Shown here: positions 45,914-54,480 of the stretch, piece after piece
Position numbering within the stretch: the first letter of the stretch is position 1
Layout of the letters: each line of letters opens with the position of its first letter
Origin: a virus
DNA: 64,000 bases
Virus record (IMG/VR): IMGVR_UViG_3300028585_000021
Span: 1-64,000 of that record
Reading direction: 5' to 3' (one strand)
Notes under the pieces: generated by a model
The model's input: only the letters and a program-made list of their open reading frames with translations
Told to the model about the DNA's origin: nothing
The model's database searches: none
Position numbers and translations under genes: made by a program

Positions 45914-46357
45914 ATGGAAATCAGGATCAAATGTCCGCACTGCGGCTCAGCAAGCGTTAAGAGCAGTAGGGCTGTCTATGAGCAGGGAACCTCAAACACG
46001 CGCAGCGTCAGCCACACAGGGTGGATATCGAATCGCGGATCGGGTGGAAGCAGGCGGCAGGGCAGATCAACGCGTCAGTCGGTTGCTGCTTCGCGTAATG
46101 CACCAGCTGGCGGAAAGCTGGAGGTGCTTACGTTTGTCGGCTCGTTCCTCCTGTCTGCCTGGCTGATACTTGATATACCGGCAACCACAGTCGCAGGTTC
46201 GGCAATAGCAGGCCTAATCATCGCATTACTGATAACCGCGCTGGTGGCTCACCTCAACCGGCATAACCGGCGCAGGGCGCGTGAGAACTACAACAGGCAG
46301 TGGTATTGCAGTAAATGCGGCGACACGTTCTTACGCGATAATTTTGCCAGCGCATAA
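45914..46357 (+). CDS. Membrane protein with N- and C-terminal zinc-ribbon motifs
   Basis: 147 aa. CPHCGS at the N-terminus, two TM helices (LTFVGSFLLSAWLIL, AIAGLIIALLITALVA) and CSKCGD at the C-terminus. Confidence 0.5.
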   Translation: MEIRIKCPHCGSASVKSSRAVYEQGTSNTRSVSHTGWISNRGSGGSRRQGRSTRQSVAASRNAPAGGKLEVLTFVGSFLLSAWLILDIPATTVAGSAIAGLIIALLITALVAHLNRHNRRRARENYNRQWYCSKCGDTFLRDNFASA

Positions 46358-46537
46358 TCTGACGCGGCTGGTGTATTAGTGGGTAATTCCGATCAGTACC
46401 GGGGCCACTAGCCCGCAGGAATAAAAGATCCACTTAAAGCAGACGTTACCCGCGCTTGCATGGCGGTTGCCCTAAGCCGCCAGCATCCCTAAAATGCGCC
46501 CTTCTTTACGCTATACAGACAATTTTTAAACGGACTT

Positions 46538-47614
46538 ATGACACAACAACTCAAATCTATTCAGGCGCTGCGCGGGCTTGCCTGCCTCGCCGTCGTTACC
46601 TTCCATTTCCGCTACCAGATACAGGCGGACTACCCGGCATTTACCAAACTGCTTTCAACCGGCGTTATTGGTGTGGATCTGTTTTTCATCCTCAGTGGCT
46701 TTGTTATCACGCTCTCTGTATCGCGCATGGGTACTGGATTCGCTTCAGCGGGCGAGTTCCTGAAGCGCCGTGCGTTGCGCCTGCTGCCAGCCTATTTCAT
46801 TCTGCTGCTGATCTACTTTCTGTTAAGCGGAGCAATGGCGACGTTTCACTATGCTGATAAGACGCAGGAGCTGATTAGCGCGGCGACTCTATCCGTTTAC
46901 CTGCCGCATAACGCGCCGTTTTACGTGAACGACAGCGGGTTTATGGGCGTGCGCTGGACGCTCAACTATGAGTTTCTGTTTTACCTGATGATGGCTGTTT
47001 GCCTGCTGGTGCGCGCACGCTGGGTGGCGCTGGCCGCAATGCTGGGCGCGGTGCTGGTGGCAGTACCGATGGCAGCAGGCCACCAGCCGACATTGCTGGT
47101 GAGCGGATATGACATGGGTTACGCCTACCTGAACCTGATGACGAACCCGATTATCTGGCAGTTCGCTGCAGGCGTGCTGATTGGTCTGGTTTACCCGCAC
47201 ATGGCGCGCCTGCCGGTTGCCATGCGGGTGCCGTTCCTGCTGGCTGCAGTTGCCCTGTTTGTGCAGCACATTATCAGCTACCAGAATATAGGGCATGGTC
47301 TGATGGCGTCCGGTACCGTACTGGCACTGCTGCTGGCCGCTGTGGCGTTCAACGACAGCTGGTTAGGGCGCATCACGCCGCGCTGGCTGGTGTTCCTGGG
47401 GGATATTTCTTTCTCTGTATATCTGATCCATATCTTGGCCAAAGCCCGGTTAGCAAAATCATTCACGGATCAGGGTATGGCGTTCTTCGTGTGTAACGTC
47501 CTGCTGGCGCTGCTGCTGGGCTGGCTTAGCTACCGTTATATTGAGCCAATCGGACAGAAGATTGCGCGCCGACGCAGAGAGAAAGCGCTCCGTACCGCAA
47601 GCAACGATACATAG
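46538..47614 (+). CDS. Acyltransferase family 3 membrane protein (O-antigen/exopolysaccharide acetylase type)
   Basis: 358 aa, about 10 TM helices. The N-terminus IQALRGLACLAVVTFH...GVDLFFILSGFVI is the acyltransferase_3 signature. Confidence 0.8.
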   Translation: MTQQLKSIQALRGLACLAVVTFHFRYQIQADYPAFTKLLSTGVIGVDLFFILSGFVITLSVSRMGTGFASAGEFLKRRALRLLPAYFILLLIYFLLSGAMATFHYADKTQELISAATLSVYLPHNAPFYVNDSGFMGVRWTLNYEFLFYLMMAVCLLVRARWVALAAMLGAVLVAVPMAAGHQPTLLVSGYDMGYAYLNLMTNPIIWQFAAGVLIGLVYPHMARLPVAMRVPFLLAAVALFVQHIISYQNIGHGLMASGTVLALLLAAVAFNDSWLGRITPRWLVFLGDISFSVYLIHILAKARLAKSFTDQGMAFFVCNVLLALLLGWLSYRYIEPIGQKIARRRREKALRTASNDT

Positions 47615-47630
47615 CCCGCAACCCTCTATC

Positions 47631-47654
47631 AAGCCCGCATCAAGCGGGCTTTTA
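47631..47654 (+). terminator. Rho-independent terminator after the acyltransferase gene
   Basis: GCCCGC-atcaa-GCGGGC followed by TTTT. Confidence 0.65.
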
Positions 47655-47798
47655 ACAGCCTTACAATCTCACCAGCTTGCTACAAACATTACTGATAACG
47701 GCGCTGGTGGCGCAGCTCAACCGGCGCAGGGCGCGGGATTGTTACGGATATCACAAACCGCTTATCCTGGCCGTCACACTGACTCAGAGGCCACCAGC

Positions 47799-48257
47799 AT
47801 GACCATTCCAACCGACTTACAATCCCTTGCCGTAAATGCGGCCGCATCGTCAGAACCAGCGATCGCCGGCGAATTAATCCTGAACGCCGGCGCAGCATTT
47901 TCTCTGCCAATTATTCCGGCGCCGCTGGTGGTGTCGTTTTACGGCACAGACGGCACGCGGGCGCAGCTTACAGTGAATAAGGGCAGGGTGACGTTTGAAG
48001 GCGATCCCGACGCTGCAGCAGAAATGTTTATCGAGGCAGTAACACGAAAGCATGCGCAGCAGTGGGGCGCACAGCAGGAACGGCTGGAGGAAGCAGAAGC
48101 CCAGCTGACGGCATACTCACACCATAACGGCCTGATGATGCTCTCACAAAGGCTGGTGGACGTTGAGAAGGAACGCGACACACTGCAAATGGAGGTTGAT
48201 CGGCTGCGGGAAAGCGGAGGCGTTCACTGTAATCAGTGCTTAAACTGTAGTAAGTAA
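47799..48257 (+). CDS. Hypothetical coiled-coil protein
   Basis: Start at the internal ATG (MTIPTDL), which overlaps the stop of the remnant reading frame upstream. 152 aa. The C-terminus is CNQCLNC. Confidence 0.5.
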   Translation: MTIPTDLQSLAVNAAASSEPAIAGELILNAGAAFSLPIIPAPLVVSFYGTDGTRAQLTVNKGRVTFEGDPDAAAEMFIEAVTRKHAQQWGAQQERLEEAEAQLTAYSHHNGLMMLSQRLVDVEKERDTLQMEVDRLRESGGVHCNQCLNCSK

Positions 48258-48278
48258 CAGGCGGCTACTGACAGACAT

Positions 48279-48304
48279 AACAAACCCGCCGAAGCGGGTT
48301 TGTT
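48279..48304. terminator. Bidirectional terminator between convergent operons
   Basis: AACAAACCCGC-cgaa-GCGGGTTTGTT. Confidence 0.7.
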
Positions 48305-49031
48305 ATCGTGATACTACTAAAACTATATGGCTGCAGCTTCTTATCTCAAATTTATATCGCACCCAGCGCGTCAATTGGAATTGATGCGGCTGGACTGCAT
48401 TTAGATCCCACGGGATAAAACCGTTAACGCCAATACCCTTGTCGCCAAGTTCCTGAATGTACTGATGCCTGGCACAATCATAAATGTCTACCCTACCTAC
48501 TACGTTCCGAATCGTTCCAGCCCACAAAGCAGCACCATACTCAGTCTGAGCGTTATCGCAGACCAGAAGCCCATGAATCAGAACAAACTGGCGATAGATT
48601 TGGCCTGCTAAACCGGCACCCGCTCTCTGAGGTGCTACATAAGCGCCGCGGATCTGTATGCCTGATACCGGCTGCTGGTTTGGGTCCAGTATTTGGATAG
48701 GGTCATACGCGAATCGTGCAACCACAACGTATGGATGTACATCTTCCATTCCAAGTTGGATGATCTGGCGTACTACTTCTTCGTCACTTTCATCATTCTC
48801 ACGTAACCTATCAATTTCATCTTCGATAAAGTCCGGCGAGTGAAATGCCAGTTGATGTACTTCCGCAACATAGCCGTACTCTGCACCTACATAAGCCTTC
48901 TCAACAATACGATAAATAGTCGTATCATCAGGAATAATGAAATCATAAGTCATACAATGAGAAACCCCGTCAAATGACGGGGCTTTAGATAAATCCTTAG
49001 CGTAGTTTCCGCTATTTACAGTAGGTGCCAT
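48303..49031 (-). CDS. GNAT-like acetyltransferase-fold protein (candidate effector of a two-gene cassette)
   Basis: AT-rich ORF. IRGAYVAPQRAGAGLAGQIYRQFV fits GNAT motif A (Q-x-x-G-x-G after a beta strand). The true start may be M27 (48953), because a hairpin at 48965-48982 lies in the N-terminal extension. Confidence 0.4.
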   Translation of the reverse strand: MAPTVNSGNYAKDLSKAPSFDGVSHCMTYDFIIPDDTTIYRIVEKAYVGAEYGYVAEVHQLAFHSPDFIEDEIDRLRENDESDEEVVRQIIQLGMEDVHPYVVVARFAYDPIQILDPNQQPVSGIQIRGAYVAPQRAGAGLAGQIYRQFVLIHGLLVCDNAQTEYGAALWAGTIRNVVGRVDIYDCARHQYIQELGDKGIGVNGFIPWDLNAVQPHQFQLTRWVRYKFEIRSCSHIVLVVSR

Positions 49032-49435
49032 TCCTTTACGCCATCCCGATTCATATCAGTGCTAACGAGAACTTTGGTACTGAACTTATCTTTCATGAAG
49101 TGAGCAATTGACTTCTCAATCATGTGAAGTATTTCTTCGTTGATTCGCAGGTTTGGATACTGTTTTTTTGGCTTCACAGTAAAGCGAACCTTGTTGTCGC
49201 GAATGGCCAGTTCAGCAAGAGGCTTAACTACCTCTGTGTCCTGAGCACGCATAACATCGCTTAACAGGGTTACGATGAAATGCTGAGATTCTTTGTGGGT
49301 ACGGCTAAGCATGCTGCGCACTTCAACAGTGTCAGAAAATAGTGAACGTGATTCAATCGTGTCAATAACACGAGTGTTATCATTAATTGTGTGAATTGAA
49401 CGTTCGCTTTTCGCTCTTGCTTCGCTATGTAACAT
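49016..49435 (-). CDS. Hypothetical protein, upstream partner of the GNAT-like gene
   Basis: 139-aa AT-rich ORF with an AAGGTGGA Shine-Dalgarno. No motif was recognised. Confidence 0.5.
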   Translation of the reverse strand: MLHSEARAKSERSIHTINDNTRVIDTIESRSLFSDTVEVRSMLSRTHKESQHFIVTLLSDVMRAQDTEVVKPLAELAIRDNKVRFTVKPKKQYPNLRINEEILHMIEKSIAHFMKDKFSTKVLVSTDMNRDGVKEWHLL

Positions 49436-49710
49436 TTTTCCACCTTAGCCGGGATACATGTATCACCAGGCAGCTCGTTTATGTGAGCCAATCAAGTCGG
49501 TTGACGACATCGTCAACTGTCCACTAAATCTACGTAATAGAACTCTATTACGCAAAGCGAAAAGTGCTAAATCCCTTTTAAACACTGGGAAAATGCCGTT
49601 TTCGGACTGTGGCAAATCACTACCGAAGGGTGGTCATAGGTTAGCCACCAGCAGCAAAAAAAAACCTGTCAAAGAAGACTTCGCTGCCGTAATTTCGACC
49701 GTAAATTACA

Positions 49711-50973
49711 TTACTTTATAGCTGGGATATCTTTTAATCGTGTGGTGTACCGAGGCGACAGCATTTCACGTTTCATTTGCCACGCGCTGTCTTGCTCCCC
49801 CTGTCCTGCGAAGAATACTTTCCCCCTACCGGAGCGATTGATAGCATCCAGCGCGGCCATTAGCGCGTCAGCGTTAGCTCGCGGCTGCTGCTCACTGAAC
49901 ATGTCAAACTGTGCCACACCTGACTGGTAAAAATCCCCCAGCATGACGCCTGCTTTTGCATACCGGTAGCCGTCGCGCCAGATGGTGCTCAGCCCGCGTA
50001 AGGCAGATTCAATAATGTCCCGCGTATCGCTGGTGGGATAGTCGCAGACACATGATGCCGTATTCGAATACTGCGGATCATCCGCGTGCCTTGCAGTAGA
50101 AATTGATACGCCAATATGACGGCAACGTGAGTTTTGCTCTCTCAGCTTTTCTGCCGCACGGGTGGCATACAGTGTGACAGCTTGCTTCATGTCTTCCAGC
50201 TCTGTGATCCTCTCGCCAAATGACCTGGAGTTTAAAATGTTCTGCTTTGGCGGCGGGGCGTCTTCCAGTGCAATGCAGGATTCACCATTGAGCTCGCGGG
50301 TAGTGCGCTCAACGATGACGTCAAAGTTTTTCCGGATCATGCTTATGTTGCTGTCAGCAAGCTGTAAAGCCGTATTGATACCCAGCTGATACATGCGCTT
50401 GGTAATGCGCGGGCCGATACCCCATATATCGCTGACGTCGGTCAGGTGCAGTAGTTTTCGCTGCCGGGTTCGGCTCGACAGATCAACCACGCCTTTTGTT
50501 TGCGTCCATTTCTTCGCAGCATTGTTGGCTAATTTGGCCAGCGTCTTCGTTGGGCCAAATCCTACGCCGATAATCAGCCCGGTTTCACGCCGGACGCGCT
50601 CACGCATCTGCTGTCCGAACGTCTCAAGGGGGATCACATTGCTAATGCCGGTGACGTCCAGAAATGACTCATCTATGGAGTAAACCTCCTGTCCAGCCGC
50701 CATCTCTCCCAGGATGGCCATCATGCGTGCAGATAGATCGCCGTACAGCTCGTAATTGGAACTGAACACATGCACGCCATTCTGTCTGAAAAAACGCTCA
50801 TTCAGAAACAGCGGCGCCGCCATCTTGATCCCCAGGCGCTTTGCCTCCGCCGAACGTGCGATCACACAGCCGTCATTGTTCGAAACGACGACAATGGGCT
50901 TACCGCGCAGATCGGGCCTGAACACGGTTTCACAGGAGGCATAGAAGTTATTGGCATCGGCCAGCGCGAACAT
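49711..50973 (-). CDS. umuC: Second UmuC-like Y-family DNA polymerase
   Basis: MFALADANNFYASCETVFRPDLRGKPIVVVSNNDGC is almost the canonical UmuC N-terminus. 420 aa. Confidence 0.9.
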   Translation of the reverse strand: MFALADANNFYASCETVFRPDLRGKPIVVVSNNDGCVIARSAEAKRLGIKMAAPLFLNERFFRQNGVHVFSSNYELYGDLSARMMAILGEMAAGQEVYSIDESFLDVTGISNVIPLETFGQQMRERVRRETGLIIGVGFGPTKTLAKLANNAAKKWTQTKGVVDLSSRTRQRKLLHLTDVSDIWGIGPRITKRMYQLGINTALQLADSNISMIRKNFDVIVERTTRELNGESCIALEDAPPPKQNILNSRSFGERITELEDMKQAVTLYATRAAEKLREQNSRCRHIGVSISTARHADDPQYSNTASCVCDYPTSDTRDIIESALRGLSTIWRDGYRYAKAGVMLGDFYQSGVAQFDMFSEQQPRANADALMAALDAINRSGRGKVFFAGQGEQDSAWQMKREMLSPRYTTRLKDIPAIK

Positions 50974-50975
50974 GC

Positions 50976-51353
50976 TTACTCTCCAGCGGGTCCGTTAAAG
51001 CCGATCCCGGCCACATCCGTTAAGGCATAAGCCACTACACCCCACACAGGAAGCGCTTGGCTCACATCGAGCAGCGTTACAGTCTCGTCCGCATCCAGCG
51101 CTTGTAGAGCGGGAACCGGATTGAGCAGTAACCGCCTTAGCGTCAGCTCGCCGTCAAACTCCGCCACGATAAGCTGGCCGTGTGCCGGCGTCAGGGCGCG
51201 ATCGATGGCCAGCACGGACCCTTTGACGATCCCGGTGCCAGGGCAGTCGGACTCGCTGCGCATCAGATAGGTTGAGTAAGGGGAAAGATATACCAAATCG
51301 CCCAGGTTCAGGCGCGTTTCAGTGTAGTTCTGGGCGGGGCTCTGAAAGGCCAT
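50976..51353 (-). CDS. UmuD-prime-like protein (naturally truncated, P1 HumD type)
   Basis: 125 aa starting MAFQSPAQNY, which aligns with UmuD just after its cleavage site (G/FPSPAADY). The UmuD dyad context GDSM...VKKL reads SDCP...LRRL here. Confidence 0.8.
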   Translation of the reverse strand: MAFQSPAQNYTETRLNLGDLVYLSPYSTYLMRSESDCPGTGIVKGSVLAIDRALTPAHGQLIVAEFDGELTLRRLLLNPVPALQALDADETVTLLDVSQALPVWGVVAYALTDVAGIGFNGPAGE

Positions 51354-51443
51354 TGCAATGCTCCATTCTCATCTGCGCTATATAGCTCCTGACATGAGTA
51401 TAAGACGCAACAGACGTTATGCCTGCCGCGTATCAACAGGCAT

Positions 51444-51469
51444 AAAAAAAGCCCCGGTTAAGGGGCTTT
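51444..51469 (-). terminator. Rho-independent terminator after the 264-aa gene
   Basis: Minus strand reads AAAGCCCC-ttaacc-GGGGCTTTTTTT. Confidence 0.7.
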
Positions 51470-51606
51470 GGAGAGCAAAGGCTAATGGCAACATCAAGCA
51501 AGAAGCATCCGGTATGTAAATTACCAAACCCTTAGATTTATACAAGCTATTTCAGCGCCAACCTGAAACACTTTAACCCGCTAATTCTGGCAGGTATTAA
51601 CGCCTT

Positions 51607-52401
51607 TTATTCCGCTTTCTGCGGTTCTGCCGTTGCCGCTGTGGCCACCAGCTCCGGCTCAGGCTGTGGGACGTCGGCTTTCATCTTTGCCAGCAGGATA
51701 GTGCGCTGTAGTTGCGCCTTTTCGGTAGCCTCTTTCACCATGTCTTCATCCAGCCCGACAACTGCGTATTTATCGAGGCCTTCAACACGGAACAGGTTCG
51801 TTTCCGGCACCAGCTGCTTCAGGCCAATTTCATTTTCCGGGGTAATGTAGAGCAGTTGCGGCTCTGCTTCTGCGCCGTCCGGGATGTACACATAAGCACG
51901 CTGGCCAACGCCGATTGCCTGAAGGAACAGGAGGCAAACTGCCAGAGGTAGTGAGGGATGTGACACGCTCATTGGCTGTAGCTTACCGGCCAGCAAGCCG
52001 TGTAGTTTCACGTCATATGGCCTGAAACGGCTGATTGTCTCCACGCGCCATGAGCCCGCCAGCGAACCGTTCACAAATGCCTCGCCAGTTGCATTCATGG
52101 CAATTTGACGCATGAGTAGTTGCGCAAAGCTGTTATCAAGCGTCGGCGTGAGGGGCAATGCGCCGGTTTTCTCATTGATAGAGTCCACGGCATCCTGGCG
52201 GCTGGCGGCATCTTCCGGCAGTTCTTGCTGGTGTAACAGCCAGTAGCGCTCGTTTTTATTAACCCACACTGTCACGCCTTCAACGTTCTGCGGCTCAAAA
52301 CCCAGCGCGGCCAACAGCGCAATCTCCACATCTTGCGGAAGGATCTCGCCCTTATCGCTCAGCTCAATCGCGGTTTCTTTACTGATAATGTATCTGGTCA
52401 T
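51607..52401 (-). CDS. Hypothetical protein
   Basis: 264-aa ORF following dut on the same strand. Confidence 0.55.
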   Translation of the reverse strand: MTRYIISKETAIELSDKGEILPQDVEIALLAALGFEPQNVEGVTVWVNKNERYWLLHQQELPEDAASRQDAVDSINEKTGALPLTPTLDNSFAQLLMRQIAMNATGEAFVNGSLAGSWRVETISRFRPYDVKLHGLLAGKLQPMSVSHPSLPLAVCLLFLQAIGVGQRAYVYIPDGAEAEPQLLYITPENEIGLKQLVPETNLFRVEGLDKYAVVGLDEDMVKEATEKAQLQRTILLAKMKADVPQPEPELVATAATAEPQKAE

Positions 52402-52410
52402 GATCGGGCC

Positions 52411-53007
52411 TTATTTGGTTGTGGTCTTTTTGCTGGTGGAGGTGCTGCTGGTGGTATCGGTCACTGCTGGCTCTTCAGTTGCTGCGGTCTCCTGCAACTC
52501 TGCAGGGGTTGTGGCCGTATGGTCCTCTGTCGGCGTCGGATCGGCCTGAACTGATGTAGAGGAGCCAAAGCCGTTATCGCCCCGGACGGTCTCTGACAGC
52601 TCATCAACTTCTTTCCAGGTGACGGGCTCGACTTTCTCGATCATTGCCTGCGCAATTACCATGCCTGCTTTTGGCTCAATGAACTCGCCACCTTCATCGG
52701 AAATCATGCGCAGTTTGATCTCGCCACGGTAATCGCTGTCGATGATGGCCACGTTGTTTGCCAGGCGCAGGAAGTTATTCGCCGCCAGCCCGGAACGAGG
52801 ATAAATTTTCATGCAGTAGCCTGCCGGAATCTCCACGGCCAGCCCGGTTGTGATCCACCATGCACGCGGCTGGCGGGCCGCGCCTGGCGTCTGTACAACG
52901 TTGAGTTTCACGTCCAACGCGGTGATATCCCACGCAGCAGCCCCGTCTGAACCACGGAACGGCAGTACTGCATCAGGGGTAAGGCGTTTGATCTTAACTT
53001 GTGGCAT
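52411..53007 (-). CDS. dut: dUTPase with a Thr/Glu-rich C-terminal extension
   Basis: Start at MPQVKIKRL (GGAG Shine-Dalgarno). Motifs GSDGAAAWDI, PRSGLA and RGDNGFGSS. About 45 extra residues of T/E/S-rich tail. Confidence 0.8.
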   Translation of the reverse strand: MPQVKIKRLTPDAVLPFRGSDGAAAWDITALDVKLNVVQTPGAARQPRAWWITTGLAVEIPAGYCMKIYPRSGLAANNFLRLANNVAIIDSDYRGEIKLRMISDEGGEFIEPKAGMVIAQAMIEKVEPVTWKEVDELSETVRGDNGFGSSTSVQADPTPTEDHTATTPAELQETAATEEPAVTDTTSSTSTSKKTTTK

Positions 53008-53485
53008 GGCTTTTCTCCGGTGATTTAAAGGTGTAATGGCGGCGCTTGCGGACAGAGTTTTCATAAAGAGGAACGTCTGTGTATTCCACCAGCCCGCGGG
53101 CAATGAGTTTCTTAACTGACTGCAGGAAGAGGGAGTGGCTTACATCAAATTCCTGACGCACGTTTCTGGCGGTGATGTACCGGTGCTGGTTGAGCAGCAT
53201 CAGAATGTATTCTTCAATCTTCCCCATCTTCAGGGGCATCAGGCTGGTGGCATACGCGGCAGACACTGCCAGGGTGTACTCGTTGTCGATAGACCTCGTG
53301 ATTAGCCCATTCTTCTGCAGGTCCAGCAGCGTTCCCCGGATGACGTGCGTAGACGTGTAAGGCAGGGCGCGTGTAAAGCGGCGGCGCGTGGCGATACGCT
53401 CATCTTTCAGCAGCAGCAGCACTGCTGAAGCCGTCTCCGGATAGCGGGCGCGAAAAATTTTAAGTTTTGGTAAAAGGCGCTTCAA
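52994..53485 (-). CDS. Winged-helix (MarR-like, duplicated) DNA-binding protein
   Basis: 163 aa with two similar wHTH-like halves (IRGTLLDLQKNGLITR / FLQSVKKLIARGLVEY). TTG start. A GAAATaaaCCATTGG element lies 15 nt upstream. Confidence 0.45.
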   Translation of the reverse strand: MKRLLPKLKIFRARYPETASAVLLLLKDERIATRRRFTRALPYTSTHVIRGTLLDLQKNGLITRSIDNEYTLAVSAAYATSLMPLKMGKIEEYILMLLNQHRYITARNVRQEFDVSHSLFLQSVKKLIARGLVEYTDVPLYENSVRKRRHYTFKSPEKSHATS

Positions 53486-53596
53486 AGTTCTGTTATCCTT
53501 GCCAATGGTTTATTTCGGATACCTACATCCAGTGGTTAACGTTTGAACCTGATTGATTGAACGGAATAAGGGAGCCAGTGATGGTTCCCTTTTTCT

Positions 53597-54055
53597 TTAG
53601 TCCTGAGTCCATTTCTCGCCCGTATCCACGCACACCACGCCGTGACACACACGCCCTTGATCGAGCCTGAAAGCCATGCCGCCCAGCCGGTTGCGTCTAC
53701 GGTAGAATTGCGCGCCTGACTGGTAGGCATGCGGCACGCCGGAATCAATCGCCCCTTCCTCCGTACACTGACCGTCCTCTGCATCGGCATAGCCACGCGC
53801 AAACTCGCTGAGCACTTCACGGCGGTCTTCAAAGCGGATAATTTCGCCCTGATCCGGATCGCGTGCGTATTCGATCGCGCCGTATTTAACGAGGGATGCG
53901 ACGGTTTTGGGATGCCGGAATATTTCCTCGCCCCAGTACTGGCCGGTGCAGGAATCGACGTAGGAGCCGCTGGAATAGGTGCCGATAGGGTTAGAGACGT
54001 CGTGAGCCATAGCCACTGCCACGAAGAAGTTAACGACGTTGCCGGTAACAGACAT
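53597..54055 (-). CDS. Hypothetical protein
   Basis: 152-aa ORF, coupled to the upstream gene (ATGA-type overlap). Confidence 0.5.
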   Translation of the reverse strand: MSVTGNVVNFFVAVAMAHDVSNPIGTYSSGSYVDSCTGQYWGEEIFRHPKTVASLVKYGAIEYARDPDQGEIIRFEDRREVLSEFARGYADAEDGQCTEEGAIDSGVPHAYQSGAQFYRRRNRLGGMAFRLDQGRVCHGVVCVDTGEKWTQD

Positions 54056-54387
54056 TATTTCCCCGTAAAGAGCCGTTCCCGGCTGCTTAAGGTGTTGGTT
54101 TCCTGCCGGGTGAAAGCATCGTCCACCAGCCCAACAAAGGCGGCAAATTCACTTCTGTAATACTCCAGTAGTTTATTTGCAGCGCGGTCGGTGATGTTTT
54201 CCACGTAATAGCAGGCGCTGTGTCGGTCGCGCCAGGGTTTATCGAGGGTCAGCAGCGGAACGGCTTCAGAAAGGGTACTGACGCTGAACTCCACCAGCAC
54301 AACTCCGCCGCGCTCGATGGCGGTGAAGTTCAGCTGGTGGGCCTCAACGGTAAACGTTCGTGTTAGTAAGATTTTTTCTCTGGCCAT
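54055..54387 (-). CDS. Hypothetical protein
   Basis: 110-aa ORF downstream of cre on the same strand. Confidence 0.5.
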   Translation of the reverse strand: MAREKILLTRTFTVEAHQLNFTAIERGGVVLVEFSVSTLSEAVPLLTLDKPWRDRHSACYYVENITDRAANKLLEYYRSEFAAFVGLVDDAFTRQETNTLSSRERLFTGK

Positions 54388-54480
54388 CGGTAATCGCAGG
54401 GTGCGGGACGGCCTGAATTGTGGGGGATAAGTGTTACCGTTACAATTATTATTTCTTTAGATTTCGATAAACTTAATTCT

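Noticed and set aside
49688-49700. CCGTAATTTCG just after the umuC-2 stop, considered as a sixth late-promoter-type motif
   Set aside because: It matches only the central TAATTT core, lies 250 nt from the next start codon, and lacks the flanking conserved positions.
51354-51445. Search for a LexA box upstream of the UmuD-prime-like gene
   Set aside because: No CTGT-N8-ACAG match was seen by eye on either strand. The nearest candidates (CTGTTGCGTCTTATAC, CTGACATGAGTATAAG) lack the ACAG half. A quantitative scan could still find a weak site.
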